Of a DNA stretch of 64,000 bases, positions 40,052 to 48,752 are shown piece after piece. The notes beneath the pieces are model-generated. The model saw nothing but the letters and a program-made list of their open reading frames with translations. It made no database searches and was not told the origin of the DNA. The stretch comes from Candidatus Heimdallarchaeota archaeon (lineage in GTDB: Archaea; Asgardarchaeota; Heimdallarchaeia; Heimdallarchaeales; Heimdallarchaeaceae): positions 96,001-160,000 of the forward strand of contig JAUVXV010000006.1 of assembly GCA_030603365.1 (NCBI GenBank), given 5' to 3'. The translations under genes were made by a program, and so were the position numbers. Every line of letters starts with the position of its first letter. The first letter of the stretch is position 1.

Positions 40052-40645
40052 TCATTTAAACCAGCTTTTTATTTGCTCGGGGTTAATTCCAGTGATTTGC
40101 ATTTCACCTTCAACAAATATTATTTCTGCATTTGGAACCTTAAGCAGATCTTGTTCAAAATATTTCTTAGTAAAGAAGATGTACTCTTGATTTGATGATC
40201 CTCTTAGCCCTTCAGGTTTATGAAATTTCTCAATATAGGGACCAACTATTATTAAATCTACTAGCTTCGACAATTTTTCTAATAGCAACATCTCTTCTAT
40301 TTCAGTTCTAGTATAACCTGTCCACATAACGACAGATAGCTGAGTCTTATCTTTGATACATTTCAGTAATTCTAGTAACTCTTCACTTTGATCTAAAGGT
40401 TCTCCCCCACTTATCGATATACCTTCTATTTCCTTCTCACTTTCCAAAATTATAGAGAGAAGTTCAGCTGGTTGCATTTTTTCACCTATACTGGCGTCGT
40501 GAGTCTCAGGATTACTACAACCAGGGCAATTCCTAGTGCACCCTTGAACCCATATTGCCAATCGTACTCCTGGGCCATTAGCTCTTGTTCGTTCAATTAT
40601 CTGATGAATACGCAGATTAATCCCTCTAGTTAGTTTCATCTGCAT
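40052..40645 (-). CDS. Radical SAM protein, NrdG/PFL-activase-like
   Basis: NGPGVR, WVQGCTRNCPGC, ISGGEP. Confidence 0.85.
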   Translation of the reverse strand: MQMKLTRGINLRIHQIIERTRANGPGVRLAIWVQGCTRNCPGCSNPETHDASIGEKMQPAELLSIILESEKEIEGISISGGEPLDQSEELLELLKCIKDKTQLSVVMWTGYTRTEIEEMLLLEKLSKLVDLIIVGPYIEKFHKPEGLRGSSNQEYIFFTKKYFEQDLLKVPNAEIIFVEGEMQITGINPEQIKSWFK

Positions 40646-41199
40646 ATTGGTATTTCTAGCAATCGTCTTTCTTGTAATCGTCTATTATTTGTTGCTGCTT
40701 CTGGTTTCATCTCTCTATGAATCACTTGTCCTATGTCTTCTTCAAAACTCTTTGTTGCATGCAGACAATTCTTTCCTCTGAAATTCTTTGTTTCTACATT
40801 CAGTCCATAAATTCCTTTAATTCTAAGTACTATTTGTTCAGGAATATATTGTCCATCCAGTCTAATATTTCTTTCAAAAATCAAGACCTCTTCTTGGGTA
40901 TTTCTCTTTTCTTCTTTGAGCTTGAATCCTTTTATACCAAAATCTTCTGTTGCTAGTAGTCTAGTATATGTTGGCAAAATTATTTCAACAACCTTTTCCA
41001 GTTCGTTCTTAAGAGACTCTTCCATTTTTAGTTTATCACCTTCTCTTTCAGATAAAATAGCATGAAGCTGATATTTGTCTCCCTCCTTGATTATAGTAAT
41101 TCCCGATAATAAATTGTGCATTTCTAAAGCTTCTTCTAAGCATTCTTTACTTGCAAATCCTTGTTCATGTGTAATTCTTATTCTTATCATTTGAGACAT
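40636..41199 (-). CDS. DUF1257/DUF2997-like fusion protein
   Basis: C-terminal VETKNFRGKNCLHATKSFEEDIG...MKPE. Confidence 0.55.
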   Translation of the reverse strand: MSQMIRIRITHEQGFASKECLEEALEMHNLLSGITIIKEGDKYQLHAILSEREGDKLKMEESLKNELEKVVEIILPTYTRLLATEDFGIKGFKLKEEKRNTQEEVLIFERNIRLDGQYIPEQIVLRIKGIYGLNVETKNFRGKNCLHATKSFEEDIGQVIHREMKPEAATNNRRLQERRLLEIPICR

Positions 41200-41338
41200 T
41201 TATTCAACTCCTTTTTAGTAATATTATAATTCGAAGATTCTATTTAATCACCTATGAAGATAAGAAAGAAAAAAAGTGACAAACATCATTAAAACAAAAA
41301 CGAAAAAAAAGTAAGCATTTGAAAAAAGAGAAAGAAGA

Positions 41339-43708
41339 TTAGATCTTCTTTTGTTTCTTCTTCTTCAAAACTATTGGTACCAGTGCTATTGGTATTATGA
41401 GAATTGATATTATTCCTATCGTTTCCCCAAATTCTGGTACGTCTGGCGGATTTTCTAGCAGCATCAAGTATACTTCTGGTCTTCCTGCTACATCTCTAGT
41501 ATAGATATAAACATCAACACCTTCTCCATCTGGTATTGTGAATGTGAAATAGTAATCATCGTTCGAGATATGTGTTACCGATGGATAACTTATGCTTGTA
41601 TCTTCATAATGCACTTCAGGTGTTATATCCCAAATTGCCAGATTATCTCTAATAGTTGCATCTATCCTGTAGGTTTCTCCACTCACGTGTGATGGCCAAA
41701 TACCGATCATCGTTGGGTTCACTGCATCCACAATTGAAGTAGTTTTCAGCTCATCTTCCTTTAATATTACTGGGAATAATGGATCATTCAATACTGGGAA
41801 GGTTATTGGACTGAACAATCCAGTATCTCCTACCACCTCATAGTTGATATCTATACTTGGATCAGTTACCCAGGTGTCTATTTGTCCTTGCACAGTCAGG
41901 TTCATCTGTTTTATTCTGAAATAGAGGTTGTTGAATTGTAAAGTTGTATTAGTATTTGCGTCAATTAATGCTCCATCTGCTGCACCGCTAGAGACTGTAT
42001 CCCAAAGAATAACCTCTTCTCCACCATCAGCTATAGTATAACTTTCTGGACTTCCATCATCTACATCACCTGAAAACCAGATAGTATTGTTGACCTCAAG
42101 GTAAATTCCTACTTCAAATAGCACATCTATACCAGCAGTAATGTCTATACTGAAAAGATCCTCATCTTTAGTAAGATTACCAAGTGGGAAGTTGTAAGTA
42201 AATTCATACAAAGTCAGATCGCCAAATGGAGTGATGAAATTGTAGAAGTAGCTAATAGGGTCAAACAGCTGAAGCTTGTATCCATAGACTTCAACCTCTC
42301 CTATAACTTCAGTTCCAGCAAATCCTTCTTCAGGAGTGATAGTTACATCTGTATTGATACTATTTCCAGGGATAACATATCGTGGTGTCTTTTGCTCGAA
42401 GAGTAAAGGAACATACAATCCTGAGAACAAACCTATAGTGAAATTTACAAAACTTATTCCACCAGTCAAATCCTGATAATAGTATTCCTTTATTCCCAAA
42501 TTCTTCGTTATCTTGTTACAGATTGGTAAATCAGTTATCGTCTCAAACATATAGAGAGATCCACCGTTATCATCCACGTAGACTTCACCATCTACGTTAA
42601 GAGTCTCAATCAAGAAGTAATATGTGGAATTCTCAGTAAGACCTCCAATACTCGCACTGTGACTAGTTCTAAAACCTATCATGTTCAAAGTTTGATCCAA
42701 AGATCCTTGAGATGTTCCATAACGAACAGTAATCTGAGCATCTCTAGTAGTATCAAAATGGATTGTTGCTTCATCTCTCAAACCTATGATTCTATAATGA
42801 CCGGGAACAGCTGGATAAGTAACATCTATCCGCACTGTGAAAGTGACATCAGCGATAGGAATCACCATAGTGTAGCTGTTTGTTCTATTTGCTCTCCACC
42901 ATTCAGCATTAAAGACTGGATAGTTGTAGACTATTCCACCCAAAGCATCATCTGCATCGATATCTGCTTCTAGACAGTGTATATCAAAATAGAATTCGTC
43001 ATCTAGTAATACTCCTTTATAGAGTTCTAGATTGGCGTTTATCGTCTCTCCATCAGTTATATCTTTGTATTCATAGGTGCTTCTTCTGGTTTCATAAATC
43101 TGATAACTGAAGTAAATCTCTCCATCTCCTTTACCAGTTATCTCATGTTTGTCATGAATAACTGCACTAACCAAAGTAACAGTTATGTAGGCAGTTTCAT
43201 CAACTTCAGGAGGAAGGATGACATTATCTTCAGCTATCACTTCTAGATAGAAGGTAGCATCAGTACCTGTATGCTCAAACACTTCATAGTTACCGTAGGT
43301 GGCAACAAATGTAGCTAAATCAAGTGACAACATTGTGAAGTTAAAGTCTCCTATAAAATCGTCATCATCTAAATCATCGTAGTCCCAGCAGTCAATATAG
43401 ATGTAAAGATTGCTTGCATCTTCTATTAAACTGTCAAAGAGAACGAAATTGAACGTTACATTATTACCAGTGTCTGTTTCTATCTGTGCGGTTTCAAATT
43501 CTGAACCATTAACATCAAAATTGAAATAGAGCTCTCCTGCACCTAGTAATGCTCCGTCGTGGTCGTCAATAATATAGACATCTAAAAGAGTAATCTTAAC
43601 GTAACCTACAGCATTGGCTGCTTGAGCAGGTAGGAACGGAAAACTACTGACGAACAGAATAGATAATAATATAGTTGATAGTAATTTTTTATTCATTAAT
43701 TTTCTCAC
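41339..43708 (-). CDS. Surface protein with two C2-like domains, an FN3-like domain and a PEF(G)-type C-terminal sorting signal
   Basis: IDCWDYDDLDDDDFIG and IHCLEADIDADDALG; HSASIGGLTENSTYYF; VPEFG plus TM plus KKKKQKK. Confidence 0.7.
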   Translation of the reverse strand: MRKLMNKKLLSTILLSILFVSSFPFLPAQAANAVGYVKITLLDVYIIDDHDGALLGAGELYFNFDVNGSEFETAQIETDTGNNVTFNFVLFDSLIEDASNLYIYIDCWDYDDLDDDDFIGDFNFTMLSLDLATFVATYGNYEVFEHTGTDATFYLEVIAEDNVILPPEVDETAYITVTLVSAVIHDKHEITGKGDGEIYFSYQIYETRRSTYEYKDITDGETINANLELYKGVLLDDEFYFDIHCLEADIDADDALGGIVYNYPVFNAEWWRANRTNSYTMVIPIADVTFTVRIDVTYPAVPGHYRIIGLRDEATIHFDTTRDAQITVRYGTSQGSLDQTLNMIGFRTSHSASIGGLTENSTYYFLIETLNVDGEVYVDDNGGSLYMFETITDLPICNKITKNLGIKEYYYQDLTGGISFVNFTIGLFSGLYVPLLFEQKTPRYVIPGNSINTDVTITPEEGFAGTEVIGEVEVYGYKLQLFDPISYFYNFITPFGDLTLYEFTYNFPLGNLTKDEDLFSIDITAGIDVLFEVGIYLEVNNTIWFSGDVDDGSPESYTIADGGEEVILWDTVSSGAADGALIDANTNTTLQFNNLYFRIKQMNLTVQGQIDTWVTDPSIDINYEVVGDTGLFSPITFPVLNDPLFPVILKEDELKTTSIVDAVNPTMIGIWPSHVSGETYRIDATIRDNLAIWDITPEVHYEDTSISYPSVTHISNDDYYFTFTIPDGEGVDVYIYTRDVAGRPEVYLMLLENPPDVPEFGETIGIISILIIPIALVPIVLKKKKQKKI

Positions 43709-43770
43709 CCTAAATTAACTGCTTAAAAATAGAAATAAGAGGTATTTAAACTTGTGGTGAAAGTTTCTAA

Positions 43771-43799
43771 TTGGTAAAAATCAAGGTTATTTTTACATA
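43771..43799 (-). promoter_or_regulatory. Degenerate motif site upstream of 41339-43708
   Basis: TTGGT-N19-ACATA on +; TTTAAATA on - at 43750-43743. Confidence 0.45.
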
Positions 43800-43844
43800 A
43801 ATTTTCGAGAAAAAACTTAAATATTCAAATAAACTTAAACCGCT

Positions 43845-44111
43845 ATGCAATGCAATATGAAATGTCCTAAATGCCAAGAAATACATGAAGTCAACAGTAG
43901 ATACTGCATAAGTTGCGGTTTCGATCTTGAACCTTACATCATCAGATTCAAAGATAAGCACTTACCAATTCATTTTGATGGGGGTATAATTGATGCTATT
44001 GTTGGAGAAGAGGAAGAAGACACTTGTTGTGACTGTTGTGGATGTTGTTGTGGAGGAAGCAGTAAGAAAAAAGACCAAGGGTGCTGCATGAGTCTATTAG
44101 ATTGTCTATAA
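43845..44111 (+). CDS. Zinc-ribbon protein with cysteine-string tail
   Basis: CPKC...CISC; CCDCCGCCCGG...GCC...DCL. Confidence 0.65.
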   Translation: MQCNMKCPKCQEIHEVNSRYCISCGFDLEPYIIRFKDKHLPIHFDGGIIDAIVGEEEEDTCCDCCGCCCGGSSKKKDQGCCMSLLDCL

Positions 44112-44236
44112 TCCAATTATCTCTTACAAGAGAAAGATCATAATGGTTTCATATTTTCTCAAGAACTACACTACAACAGAATATGTTAAAACTATTCATT
44201 TTGCAAGGATAAATCAATAACAAAATAGTTAGAATG

Positions 44237-45734
44237 CTAGATTTCATTTCCTAAGATATCAGCTGAATCATATTTCCATTCTTGGAATACTGTTTCATAT
44301 CTCTCTGTTGGTAATAGCCATCTTCTACTATACATTTGATTGATAACAAACATCTCCTTTACTTCTTTTTGGAAATATTTATTGAACAAGCTCATACTAT
44401 CAAAAATCATCTCATTGGGAATTCTAATTATAAATTGTAATCCTTCCTCTTCTTCAGAGATGTATTTCTGACTATACAATTCTGGGAATACAGACAACTG
44501 TTTGTGCAATTGCATCTGTTCTGCAGGATCTCTTGAAAGAAAGAGTACTAGGTTTGATAATCCAAAAACATAGTTGGGATTAGTACGGGTTTTGAAATAG
44601 TTCAACTTACGAAAATTTTCTACTTGCTTTCTCGCTTCTTTTTCACTTATACCAAGATCGTTTTTTATTGCACTTATTGACAACTTATTTTTTAGAAGTA
44701 TATTATTGAGTATCTCAATCCCAGTCTTATGCAAGTTTAGAATTTTTTCCTTTACCTCATGAAACTCTGATAAGATGAAGGGGATTTTCTTATTATCTCT
44801 AGCTTTCGTTGAGGAGATAGCTGAGGATATTTTATAGAAGGGTAAATCCCATTTTCCTAAACGATAATCATAATAAGAGAAATTGAATGATTTTAACCGT
44901 GATAGCATGTCAAATTGATAAAAATTTGAAGAAATTAGAGTGTGTTTATCTTCTAAATCTTGTTTAAGTTTTCGCAAATCTTCTTTTACTTGAGGATTAT
45001 CAGGAGTCACATAATTTACCATTACCTATTGTGAGTTAGAATAACTTGTATAAATAGAATGTAGGAATGCACTCTCTGGCAATTCCTTAAAGAAATCTAG
45101 TTTGGAATCCAAAGCAACAGTAAATACCAGACCATAGATGGCTAAATTTAAAGCAGAGTAATTGAGAGAGTCCTTCAAAAATGAGAGTTCGTTCCAGTAA
45201 CCGTCTCTTATATTTTGAAAGATTGGATGGATCCATCGAGAGTTTTTCTAATAGTGTTTTGTTATCCATTGTCTGCTCTTTGAGGATTGTTTCAAAGACA
45301 AGAAATTCATTCTTATTGAATTTGGGCATAATCTTAGATCTATAGTCAAAAAATATCTGTAAGTAAATATCCCAAGAGAGTTTAAGATTAGCATTTGAAA
45401 AATATTCTAGAATATCTAGAAGATAGGAAGAAGATTCATCAGAACTATGAAGGTTATAGTAAGTAGAAGGAACTAGATAACTGAAATTCTCGAATATAAT
45501 GGATTTTCTATTAGTAGACCAAAAAATATTCTAGTCATCAAATTGTTTGTTAGTTCTAGCTAACTTTGTTCTAATATAAAAACAGATAATGTCCCATGCA
45601 GGAGTGTCTAACTTAGCTTCAAAGGTTACCACTAATTGCTCAAAATCAGAGTAGAGCTCTTGAAGAATTTTCTTAGCTAACTCCATTCTCTGCTTCTGCT
45701 CGGGATTCTTAGTGAAAGGCATCAGATTTAACAT
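44237..45734 (-). pseudogene. Pseudogenised paralog of regulator 32178-33668
   Basis: Three ORF fragments collinear with the 496-aa regulator, split by stops and frameshifts (~45531, ~45165, ~45026). Confidence 0.85.
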
Positions 45735-45771
45735 AGTTCTAACTTACATAATCTTTACCATATGACTGCAA

Positions 45772-45812
45772 ATGGTTTTTTTAGAAGTCATTATTACCAT
45801 TTTTAGACTTTT
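45772..45812 (+). promoter_or_regulatory. Perfect ATGGT-N19-ACCAT site plus TAGACTTTT
   Basis: TTTAAA at 45821. Confidence 0.7.
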
Positions 45813-45861
45813 TTTGAACTTTTAAATCTATGGAATAAGAGAGGTGTTAGGAGAAAGAGAA

Positions 45862-46170
45862 ATGGATGAGGTATATCTATTCAAATGCCTTGAATGTGAA
45901 CTAGAATTTAAGTTGAGGAAGGGAGTGGGAGGGAGCTCTACATCTCCAAGAACAAGATTCTATTGTCAAGAATATGGGAAGATATCAATAGAATCACAAT
46001 GCAGGCAGTGTAGTCAATATTTGAAGAGGGTTATTTTTCCTTTAGAGGGAAATACAATAAAGCTGGAAGAAGCAGGAGAAGAATTAAAGGTTAAATGTCC
46101 TCATTGCTCTTCAAATCAAACTATTCTTACACTTTTAGATAAGTGGGTGATAGATTATCAAATGTGGTAA
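45862..46170 (+). CDS. Zinc-ribbon protein, paralog of 34186
   Basis: FKCLECELEFKLR...CPHC...LDKW; second CxxC degenerate (CQEY). Confidence 0.7.
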   Translation: MDEVYLFKCLECELEFKLRKGVGGSSTSPRTRFYCQEYGKISIESQCRQCSQYLKRVIFPLEGNTIKLEEAGEELKVKCPHCSSNQTILTLLDKWVIDYQMW

Positions 46171-46268
46171 ATTTCAATGCATACACCCCGTTCTAGTCGT
46201 TCAGAAAATTTTTTAAACGCAATTGTGCGTTTTCTTGCACAACCGAAACAAATAGGCTATGAGTAATA

Positions 46269-46832
46269 ATGAATTATACCAATAAGGAACATAATGTAGC
46301 TCTGGAGAGAGAAAGACTAACCAGACTGATGGAAGAACGTGCTGTCATTGAAGAGATGATGAGGAATGATGAAGACCACACTGCTCTAAGAGAAGAGTTA
46401 GCTGAAACTGACAATAGAAAGGTTCTCAAGCCAATTCGTGGAGGAAGTAGTAAAACAAACTATACTGCAGATGGCAGATCTTATTTTGACAATAAGAGAC
46501 TAAGTTTAGACACAACCTATCTTGGACCTAGATACGATGTCAGTGAAATGCTAGATTCAGAAAAACTAGTTCTTAGGAGAATGAAAGAACTTGATGAGAG
46601 AAAGAAATTGATGCAAACTCCAATAGCTGATGTTTACAAAGAGATAATCAAAGAAGACGCTCCCCCCAACAAATACTTTGCAATCAGAAAAATGGGGGAG
46701 TTTCTAGAAGAGGAGGAATTCACAGCAGAAGAAATTGCTTTGATGAGGACACTGATGAAAAGGATAGTTAAGAAGCATAGGGGGTCAAGAGAAGAGTTAC
46801 TATTGTCGCTGTATATAGAAGAAAAACTATGA
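46269..46832 (+). CDS. Hypothetical protein (copy 2)
   Basis: Near-identical to 39131-39697. Confidence 0.75.
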   Translation: MNYTNKEHNVALERERLTRLMEERAVIEEMMRNDEDHTALREELAETDNRKVLKPIRGGSSKTNYTADGRSYFDNKRLSLDTTYLGPRYDVSEMLDSEKLVLRRMKELDERKKLMQTPIADVYKEIIKEDAPPNKYFAIRKMGEFLEEEEFTAEEIALMRTLMKRIVKKHRGSREELLLSLYIEEKL

Positions 46833-46964
46833 AACAAGAGTTTACAAAGTTATAGAGTGAAGCTAAATACATTGTATTACCAAAGAAATTTTTTAAACCT
46901 TCTAAAAATGACTATGGATAAGAACGAAAGAACAGTCTCTTAAATCACTTAATTCGAATAGTTG

Positions 46965-47906
46965 CTAATCTAATTTATTTTTCCTTCCTTCTCTGTTTTT
47001 CTTTTGCTTTTCGTTTTTCTTATATTTCTTCAGCATTAGTTTATCCAGTTGTTCATCTGTTAAATCGGGGGGAGTTAGTAGTGGTTCAGGATTTTCTATT
47101 AATTTCCTCACAAAATCAATCGTTGGTCCAGTGTAACTTCCTGATGCAATACGATCATCAATAGATACCTTCATTTCCATCACCTTACGAATATCAACTT
47201 TATCTGTTTCTTGATCAACAACTTGAGCTTTGAGCATTTTTCCAAATGTTATCAGAATCCCTGTTGTTCCATATTCAAAGAGATGGTGATAGACCGCTGG
47301 AATGTTTATTGATCCCAAGTGAGCTAAAAACACTGTTGACCACATGGGTACATCTTTAGTAAGAAAGTGCATAGGCATATTGTGTTCGTCTGTCCATCTC
47401 ATAAGCCAGAAGATAAATCTTATTAGAAATCTTGGCAAGCGTTTCATTAATTCTACATCTTGCTCATTTTTGTTTACACCATGTCGTGCTTCGTAGAGAT
47501 GTTCGTTAACATTTCCTTGAACAGTTGCTAAAGTGTCATAAGGATCAAACTCAATCATGGCATTGATTTCCTCTCCATCCTCAGTCTTCTCCTTCTTAAC
47601 AACAAAGGAAATAATAATTCTATTACGTTGCCATAATCTTCGTCCTGAAACGAATCTGTTGATTTTCGGTCGTAATGTTATGGCTCTAACAGCTGCTGTG
47701 AGATAGATTTGAAATAAAGTTATCTTATCTTCTTCTGCTTTATCTTGATTGAACTTTTCTAGAAATTCTAAAGTGCGAGTAAGATCTACCTGAGTTTTGT
47801 AGTGTATTTCACTCTGTGTTTTCTTTCGCATAATAAGGAATTCTATTTCATGAAACTTGGTTGTCTTTACTAATTCAGCATCAGGTCTTCTTGGCATGTT
47901 TGTCAC
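46965..47906 (-). CDS. 2-oxoacid dehydrogenase acyltransferase catalytic-domain protein
   Basis: RPKINRFV, HLGSINIPAVYHHL, SIDDRIASG. Confidence 0.8.
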   Translation of the reverse strand: MTNMPRRPDAELVKTTKFHEIEFLIMRKKTQSEIHYKTQVDLTRTLEFLEKFNQDKAEEDKITLFQIYLTAAVRAITLRPKINRFVSGRRLWQRNRIIISFVVKKEKTEDGEEINAMIEFDPYDTLATVQGNVNEHLYEARHGVNKNEQDVELMKRLPRFLIRFIFWLMRWTDEHNMPMHFLTKDVPMWSTVFLAHLGSINIPAVYHHLFEYGTTGILITFGKMLKAQVVDQETDKVDIRKVMEMKVSIDDRIASGSYTGPTIDFVRKLIENPEPLLTPPDLTDEQLDKLMLKKYKKNEKQKKNREGRKNKLD

Positions 47907-48057
47907 TTCTAATGTTAGATTTTATAGATTCTTCTCATAGTTAGATATGGTTATTCTTAACTTTTTCTGGATATAATTAAGTTCAAATTGTCAGTTTTTT
48001 GAAAGAAAGTCTAACTAATATAAATAAGTAGTTGAAATAAGAATTTGAGTAAGGAGA

Positions 48058-48321
48058 TTAATCATAAACTGTTTTGTAATTTTTCCTTCGTTCATGAAAG
48101 AATAGTAATAAGAACACTAATCCTAGAAATAAGAATCCACTTCCAGCTCCTATAACTATGTATGGAGCAGCGTAAGTACTATTGAAGAGTATGAAAAGAA
48201 CTTCCTTTACAAAATTGGTTAACAATTCTAAGAGGATGAAACATAATGACCCCAGTATAGTAAAAATCAAACAAACAACAATGAAAGTTATTAATTTTCT
48301 TCTCTTTTTGGATTCAGGCAT
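48058..48321 (-). CDS. Small two-TM membrane protein
   Basis: Two hydrophobic segments. Confidence 0.55.
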   Translation of the reverse strand: MPESKKRRKLITFIVVCLIFTILGSLCFILLELLTNFVKEVLFILFNSTYAAPYIVIGAGSGFLFLGLVFLLLFFHERRKNYKTVYD

Positions 48322-48752
48322 CGAATACAGAAAGAAAATAAAATCATAAAAAGATATCGTTTTTATTTGTTCAACTTAATGTAGATTATTATGCTATATT
48401 CCAATTTCTCCAAGCTTTTTCTCTTACTTATTCCGTTCATCGTGAATACAAAGAAACTCAGATGTCACAATATAATCAATCTACTAACCAAACAAATCTT
48501 GAACCTTTATGTAGTTTATTACTACTAGCTCTTCTTTTGATCTCCTTCATCTCATAATTTTTTTTTATCATTGTTGCTTTCATTTTAGTAAACTAAAAAT
48601 CACACTTTTGCTGGTTCTCTTTGCTATATAGAAATTTCACAAAATGAAGAAAAAATCTAAACTAAATTACCAAATTAGCCCTTTTTTACTCATTTTCTGA
48701 ACAAAGTTTATCTTTTACTTAAGGTATACTAGTATAATTTTCGAAAATTAAA

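Noticed and set aside
40052-40645. Radical SAM as a possible viperin
   Set aside because: Motifs and size match the NrdG/activase-like family
1547-44170. Additional ATGGT/ACCAT half-sites (1547, 2903, 3545, 12047, 13147, 44143)
   Set aside because: No partner half-site at the 19-nt spacing
1690-45800. Palindromic motif as integron attC or dif-like recombination sites
   Set aside because: No tyrosine recombinase in the window, and the fixed offset to TATA-like boxes fits a transcription-factor site better; not fully excluded
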